From the sequence record PZ452583.1: a DNA stretch of 64,000 nucleotides; one strand, written 5' to 3'. The position numbers and the translations under genes were made by a program. Every line of letters starts with the position of its first letter. Within the stretch, counting starts at the first letter, position 1. The stretch comes from a phage. The notes below the pieces were generated by a model, which was not told where the DNA came from, ran no database searches, and worked only from the letters and a program-made list of their open reading frames with translations. Shown piece by piece: positions 59,701 through 64,000 of this stretch.

Positions 59701-59839
59701 TAAATTAATGAGTCCTTTATTTGATGCATCTGGAACAACATTTGCGCAATTTAGAGATTTAGTTAATAAACGTCTAAAAGATAATATAGGAAATCCAAGA
59801 GACCCTGAAAATCCAACACAGGTTAAAATAGATGAATGA
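56741..59839 (+). CDS. 7: Baseplate wedge protein gp7
   Basis: ORF track 1032 aa (T4 size); ATGA start/stop overlap with gene 6. Confidence 0.93.
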   Translation: MTVKAPSVTSLRISKLSANQVQVRWDDVGANFYYFVEIAETKTNSGENLPSNQYRWINLGYTANNSFFFDDADPLTSYIIRVATAAQDFEQSDWIYTEEFETFATNAYTFQNMIEMQLANKFIQEKFTLNNSDYVNFNNDTIMAALMNESFQFSPSYVDVSSISNFIIGENEYHEIQGSIQQVCKDINRVYLMESEGILYLFERYQPVVKVSNDKGQTWKAVKLFNDRVGYPLSKTIYYQSANTTYVLGYDKIFYGRKSTDVRWSADDVRFSSQDITFAKLGDQLHLGFDVEIFATYATLPANVYRIAEAITCTDDYIYVVARDKVRYIKTSNAPIDSDPLSPTYSERLFEPDTMTITGNPKAVCYKMDSIGDKVFALIIGEVETLNANPRTSKIIDSADKGIYVLNHDEKTWKRVFGNTEEERRRIQPGYANMSTDGKLVSLSSSNFKFLSDNVVNDPETAAKYQLIGAVKYEFPREWLADKHYHMMAFIADEKSDWETFTPQPMKYYAEPFFNWSKKSNTRCWINNSDRVVVVYADLKYTKVIENIPETSPDRLVHEYWDDGDCTIVMPNVKFTGFKKYASGMLFYKASGEIISYYDFNYRVRDTVEIIWKPTEVFLKAFLQNQERETPWSPEEERGLADPDLRPLIGTMMPDSYLLQDSNFEAFCEAYIQYLSDGYGTQYNNLRNLIRNQYPREEHAWEYLWSEIYKRNIYLNADKRDAVARFFESRSYDFYSTKGIEASYKFLFKVLYNEEVEIEIESGAGTEYDVIIQSDSLTEDLVGQTIYTATGRCNVTYIERSYSNGKLQWTVTIHNLLGRLIAGQEVKAERLPSFEGEIIRGVKGKDLLQNNIDYINRSRSYYVMKIKSNLPSSRWKSDVIRFVHPVGFGFIAITLLTMFINVGLTLKHTETIINKYKNYKWDSGLPTEYADRVAKLTPTGEIEHDSVTGEAIYEPGPMAGVEYPLPDDYNAENNNSIFQGQLPSERRKLMSPLFDASGTTFAQFRDLVNKRLKDNIGNPRDPENPTQVKIDE

Positions 59840-60836
59840 TTCAAGTGTTATCTATCGTGCGATAGTTACTTCAAAATTTAGAACAGAAAAAATGTTGAAT
59901 TTTTATAATTCAATTGGAAGTGGTCCGGATAAAAACACTATCTTTATCACATTTGGAAGATCAGAACCGTGGTCATCAAATGAAAATGAGGTGGGCTTTG
60001 CCCCACCTTATCCTACCGATTCTGTATTAGGTGTAACTGACATGTGGACTCATATGATGGGAACAGTAAAAGTTCTTCCATCAATGCTTGATGCTGTTAT
60101 TCCTCGCAGAGATTGGGGAGATACTAGATATCCGGATCCATACACATTTAGAATTAACGATATTGTAGTGTGTAACTCAGCTCCTTACAACGCTACTGAA
60201 TCAGGCGCAGGCTGGTTAGTATATCGTTGTTTAGATGTTCCTGATACCGGAATGTGTTCAATCGCATCTTTAACTGATAAGGATGAATGCCTTAAGTTAG
60301 GTGGAAAATGGACTCCTTCTGCTAGGTCAATGACTCCTCCTGAAGGTCGAGGAGATGCTGAAGGAACAATTGAACCTGGGGACGGGTATGTGTGGGAATA
60401 TCTATTTGAGATTCCGCCTGATGTATCTATAAATAGATGTACGAATGAATATATCGTGGTTCCTTGGCCTGAGGAATTAAAAGAAGACCCGACTAGATGG
60501 GGATATGAAGATAATCTCACTTGGCAACAAGATGATTTTGGATTAATTTACCGTGTTAAGGCAAATACTATCCGTTTTAAAGCATATTTAGATTCAGTTT
60601 ATTTTCCTGAAGCTGCATTGCCAGGAAATAAAGGATTTAGACAAATATCAATAATCACGAATCCTCTTGAAGCTAAAGCTCATCCAAATGACCCAAACGT
60701 TAAAGCTGAAAAGGATTATTATGATCCGGAAGATTTAATGAGGCATTCGGGCGAAATGATTTATATGGAAAATAGGCCACCTATTATTATGGCAATGGAT
60801 CAGACAGAAGAAATCAATATTCTGTTTACATTTTAA
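59832..60836 (+). CDS. 8: Baseplate wedge protein gp8
   Basis: ORF track 334 aa (T4 size). Confidence 0.93.
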   Translation: MNDSSVIYRAIVTSKFRTEKMLNFYNSIGSGPDKNTIFITFGRSEPWSSNENEVGFAPPYPTDSVLGVTDMWTHMMGTVKVLPSMLDAVIPRRDWGDTRYPDPYTFRINDIVVCNSAPYNATESGAGWLVYRCLDVPDTGMCSIASLTDKDECLKLGGKWTPSARSMTPPEGRGDAEGTIEPGDGYVWEYLFEIPPDVSINRCTNEYIVVPWPEELKEDPTRWGYEDNLTWQQDDFGLIYRVKANTIRFKAYLDSVYFPEAALPGNKGFRQISIITNPLEAKAHPNDPNVKAEKDYYDPEDLMRHSGEMIYMENRPPIIMAMDQTEEINILFTF

Positions 60837-60841
60837 ATTAA

Positions 60842-60865
60842 GGGAGCCCATGGGCTCCCTTTTTC
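60842..60865 (+). terminator. Intrinsic terminator after gene 8
   Basis: Palindrome GGGAGCCCATGGGCTCCC followed by TTTTTCTTT. Confidence 0.55.
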
Positions 60866-60867
60866 TT

Positions 60868-60875
60868 TATAAATA
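60868..60875 (+). promoter_or_regulatory. Late-promoter octamer TATAAATA for gene 9
   Basis: tataaata 24 nt upstream of the gene 9 ATG; AAGGAAA Shine-Dalgarno between. Confidence 0.6.
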
Positions 60876-60899
60876 CTATAAACTCATAAGGAAACCGCT

Positions 60900-61766
60900 A
60901 TGTTCATTCAAGAACCAAAGAAATTGATTGATACCGGCGAAATTGGTAACGCTTCTACTGGTGATATCTTATTCGACGGTGGTAATAAAATTAATAGTGA
61001 TTTTAACGCAATTTATAATGCGTTTGGCGATCAACGTAAAATGGCAGTAGCAAATGGCACCGGAGCAGATGGTCAAATTATCCATGCTACTGGATATTAT
61101 CAAAAACACTCTATTGCAGAGTATGCAACTCCAGTAAAAGTTGGCACTAGGCATGATATTGATACCTCTACTGTAGGTGTTAAAGTTATCATTGAAAGAG
61201 GCGAACTCGGCGATTGTGTTGAATTCATTAATTCTAACGGATCAATATCAGTTACTAATCCTTTGACAATTCAAGCTATTGATTCAATTAAAGGTGTTTC
61301 AGGTAATTTAGTAGTAACTAGCCCATATAGTAAAGTTACTTTACGCTGTATTTCATCTGATAATTCTACGTCGGTTTGGAATTATTCTATTGAAAGTATG
61401 TTTGGACAAAAGGAATCACCAGCTGAAGGTACATGGAATATTTCTACATCTGGATCAGTTGATATTCCACTATTTCATCGCACTGAATACAATATGGCTA
61501 AATTACTAGTTACATGCCAATCGGTAGATGGAAGAAAAATTAAAACAGCAGAAATAAATATTCTTGTGGATACTGTCAATTCAGAGGTAATTTCTTCTGA
61601 ATATGCTGTCATGCGAGTTGGGAATGAAACCGAAGAAGACGAAATCGCTAATATTGCATTTAGTATTAAAGAAAATTACGTAACGGCGACTATAAGTTCT
61701 TCAACTGTCGGTATGAGAGCAGCAGTTAAAGTTATCGCTACGCAGAAAATCGGGGTGGCTCAATAA
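60900..61766 (+). CDS. 9: Baseplate protein gp9 (long tail fiber socket)
   Basis: ORF track 288 aa (T4 size). Confidence 0.92.
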   Translation: MFIQEPKKLIDTGEIGNASTGDILFDGGNKINSDFNAIYNAFGDQRKMAVANGTGADGQIIHATGYYQKHSIAEYATPVKVGTRHDIDTSTVGVKVIIERGELGDCVEFINSNGSISVTNPLTIQAIDSIKGVSGNLVVTSPYSKVTLRCISSDNSTSVWNYSIESMFGQKESPAEGTWNISTSGSVDIPLFHRTEYNMAKLLVTCQSVDGRKIKTAEINILVDTVNSEVISSEYAVMRVGNETEEDEIANIAFSIKENYVTATISSSTVGMRAAVKVIATQKIGVAQ

Positions 61767-63574
61767 TGAAACAAAATATTAATATCGGTAATGTTGTAGA
61801 TGATGGTACCGGTGACTACCTGCGTAAAGGTGGTATAAAAATAAATGAAAACTTTGATGAGCTTTATTATGAACTCGGTGATGGTGATGTTCCATATTCA
61901 GCCGGTGCCTGGAAAACTTATAATGCTTCATCAGGACAAACATTAACAGCAGAATGGGGAAAATCATACGCTATTAATACATCTTCTGGAAGAGTGACTA
62001 TAAATCTTCCAAAGGGCACAGTTAATGATTACAACAAGGTAATTAGAGCTAGAGACGTATTTGCTACATGGAACGTCAACCCAGTTACACTAGTAGCTGC
62101 TTCCGGAGATACGATTAAAGGGTCTGCAGTACCAGTTGAAATTAATGTTCAATTCAGCGATTTAGAACTAGTGTATTGTGCCCCAGGACGTTGGGAATAT
62201 GTCAAAAATAAACAAATTGACAAAATTACCAGTTCAGACATTAGTAATGTAGCTCGTAAAGAATTTTTAGTCGAAGTCCAAGGACAAACAGACTTTTTAG
62301 ATGTTTTCCGTGGAACCAGTTATAATGTAAATAACATCAGAGTAAAACATCGTGGTAACGAATTGTATTATGGCGATGTGTTTAGCGAAAACAGTGATTT
62401 TGGCTCTCCAGGTGAAAATGAAGGAGAACTGGTTCCTCTTGATGGATTTAATATTCGATTAAGACAGCCTTGTAATATTGGTGACACTGTTCAAATTGAA
62501 ACATTTATGGATGGTGTATCGCAGTGGAGAAGTTCATATACAAGACGTCAAATTAGATTGTTAGATTCAAAATTAACGTCAAAAACTTCTTTAGAAGGAA
62601 GCATTTACGTTACTGATTTATCAACAATGAAATCAATTCCATTTTCTGCTTTTGGATTAATTCCAGGAGAACCTATTAATCCTAACTCTCTTGAGGTTCG
62701 TTTTAACGGGATTTTGCAGGAATTGGCTGGCACAGTTGGAATGCCATTATTTCATTGTGTTGGTGCCGATTCAGACGATGAAGTAGAATGCTCTGTTTTA
62801 GGTGGAACTTGGGAACAATCTCATACCGATTATTCAGTTGAAACTGATGAAAACGGCATACCGGAAATTTTACATTTCGATAGAGTATTTGAGCATGGTG
62901 ACATTATCAATATCACCTGGTTTAATAATGATTTGGGTACATTATTAACAAAAGATGAGATTATTGATGAAACTGATAATCTCTATGTATCGCAAGGACC
63001 AGGGGTAGATATTTCAGGTGATGTAAATTTAACAGACTTCGATAAAATTGGTTGGCCAAATGTAGAAGCAGTTCAATCTTATCAACGCGAATTTAATGCT
63101 GTTTCAAATATCTTTGATACGATTTATCCTATTGGAACTATATATGAAAACGCTGTTAATCCAAACAACCCTGTTACATATATGGGATTCGGCTCATGGA
63201 AATTATTTGGGCAAGGAAAAGTTTTAGTTGGATGGAATGAAGATATTTCGGATCCGAATTTTGCTCTAAATAACAACGATTTAGATTCTGGCGGAAATCC
63301 TTCGCATACTGCAGGTGGAACAGGTGGTTCTACTTCTGTTACATTGGAAAATGCTAATCTTCCTGCAACTGAAACAGATGAAGAAGTTCTAATAGTTGAT
63401 GAAAATGGATCAGTCATTGTTGGTGGGTGTCAATACGATCCAGATGAATCCGGTCCAATTTACACTAAATACCGTGAAGCTAAAGCATCTACTAACTCTA
63501 CTCACACTCCGCCAACATCAATAACTAACATTCAACCATATATTACAGTTTATCGTTGGATAAGGATTGCATAA
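61766..63574 (+). CDS. 10: Baseplate wedge/short-tail-fiber attachment protein gp10
   Basis: ORF track 602 aa (T4 size). Confidence 0.92.
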   Translation: MKQNINIGNVVDDGTGDYLRKGGIKINENFDELYYELGDGDVPYSAGAWKTYNASSGQTLTAEWGKSYAINTSSGRVTINLPKGTVNDYNKVIRARDVFATWNVNPVTLVAASGDTIKGSAVPVEINVQFSDLELVYCAPGRWEYVKNKQIDKITSSDISNVARKEFLVEVQGQTDFLDVFRGTSYNVNNIRVKHRGNELYYGDVFSENSDFGSPGENEGELVPLDGFNIRLRQPCNIGDTVQIETFMDGVSQWRSSYTRRQIRLLDSKLTSKTSLEGSIYVTDLSTMKSIPFSAFGLIPGEPINPNSLEVRFNGILQELAGTVGMPLFHCVGADSDDEVECSVLGGTWEQSHTDYSVETDENGIPEILHFDRVFEHGDIINITWFNNDLGTLLTKDEIIDETDNLYVSQGPGVDISGDVNLTDFDKIGWPNVEAVQSYQREFNAVSNIFDTIYPIGTIYENAVNPNNPVTYMGFGSWKLFGQGKVLVGWNEDISDPNFALNNNDLDSGGNPSHTAGGTGGSTSVTLENANLPATETDEEVLIVDENGSVIVGGCQYDPDESGPIYTKYREAKASTNSTHTPPTSITNIQPYITVYRWIRIA

Positions 63575-64000
63575 TGAGTTTACTTAATAATAAAGCGGGA
63601 GTTATTTCCCGCTTAGCCGATTTTCTTGGTTTTAGACCTAAAGCTGGTAATATAGATGTAATGAATCGTCAATCAGTTGGGTCAGTGACAATTTCTCAAT
63701 TAGCGAAAGGATTCTATGAACCAAACGTAGAATCAGCTATTAATGATGTTCATAATTTTTCTATAAAAGACATTGGTACAATTATTACTAATAAAACTGG
63801 TGTTTCTCCTGAGGGTGTTTCTCAAACTGATTATTGGGCATTTTCTGGAACTGTAACAGACGATTCTCTTCCTCCGGGTTCTCCTGTCACAGTATTAGTA
63901 TTTGGTCTTCCAGTTTCAGCAACAACTGGAATGACGGCAATTGAGTTTGTTGCAAAAGTTCGTGTTGCCCTTCAAGAAGCTATTGCGTCATTTACTGCTA
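63574..64000 (+). CDS. 11: Baseplate wedge protein gp11, N-terminal part (runs off window end)
   Basis: ATG at 63574 overlapping the gene 10 stop; reading frame open to the window end ([20 protein letters not shown]...). Confidence 0.8.
   Translation, partial: MSLLNNKAGVISRLADFLGFRPKAGNIDVMNRQSVGSVTISQLAKGFYEPNVESAINDVHNFSIKDIGTIITNKTGVSPEGVSQTDYWAFSGTVTDDSLPPGSPVTVLVFGLPVSATTGMTAIEFVAKVRVALQEAIASFTA

Noticed and set aside
61779-61967. His-rich minus-strand ORF ([11 protein letters not shown]...) inside gene 10
   Set aside because: Antisense to a well-supported 602-aa baseplate gene in the late operon; no initiation signals; composition artefact.

Overview
This window is a contiguous segment of a T4-like (T-even / Tequatrovirus-type) myovirus genome, in the same gene order as phage T4 from the gene 43 region through the baseplate genes. 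Roughly 1-51.6 kb is a dense minus-strand array of early/middle genes: gene 43 DNA polymerase, regA, clamp loader 62/44, clamp 45, rpbA, 46/47 recombination nuclease, alpha-glucosyltransferase, late sigma factor 55, nrdH/nrdG/nrdD, endonuclease VII (49), pin, nrdC, a block of conserved unknown-function ORFs, rI, tk, regB, denV, lysozyme e, nudE, a 10-tRNA array, an HNH homing-endonuclease-like gene, 57B/57A and genes 1, 3, 2, 4. From 51.6 kb onward the plus strand carries late baseplate genes 53, 5, 5.1, 5.4, 6, 7, 8, 9, 10 and the start of 11. Many proteins are near-identical to T4 as I recall them (for example lysozyme e, about 2 substitutions), but the phage is not T4 itself: the tRNA set differs, nrdD is intronless, no mobD-type gene is present, an HNH gene sits where T4 has segB, and the internal-protein loci are rearranged. 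I found no CRISPR array, integrase or transposase. Most likely accessory or under-described content: three internal-protein-like genes carrying the T4 capsid-targeting N-terminus (one bracketed by duplicated terminators and driven by a late promoter), a macrodomain protein, an AAA+ ATPase next to a nucleotidyltransferase-fold protein, a GrcA-like glycyl-radical protein, and a signal-peptide lytic transglycosylase. All T4 gene names are from recalled sequence and synteny, not database searches. ORF coordinates follow the supplied ORF track; where the track over-extended an N-terminus I give the start I could support. Hand-derived coordinates for RNAs, promoters and hairpins may be off by 1-2 nt.
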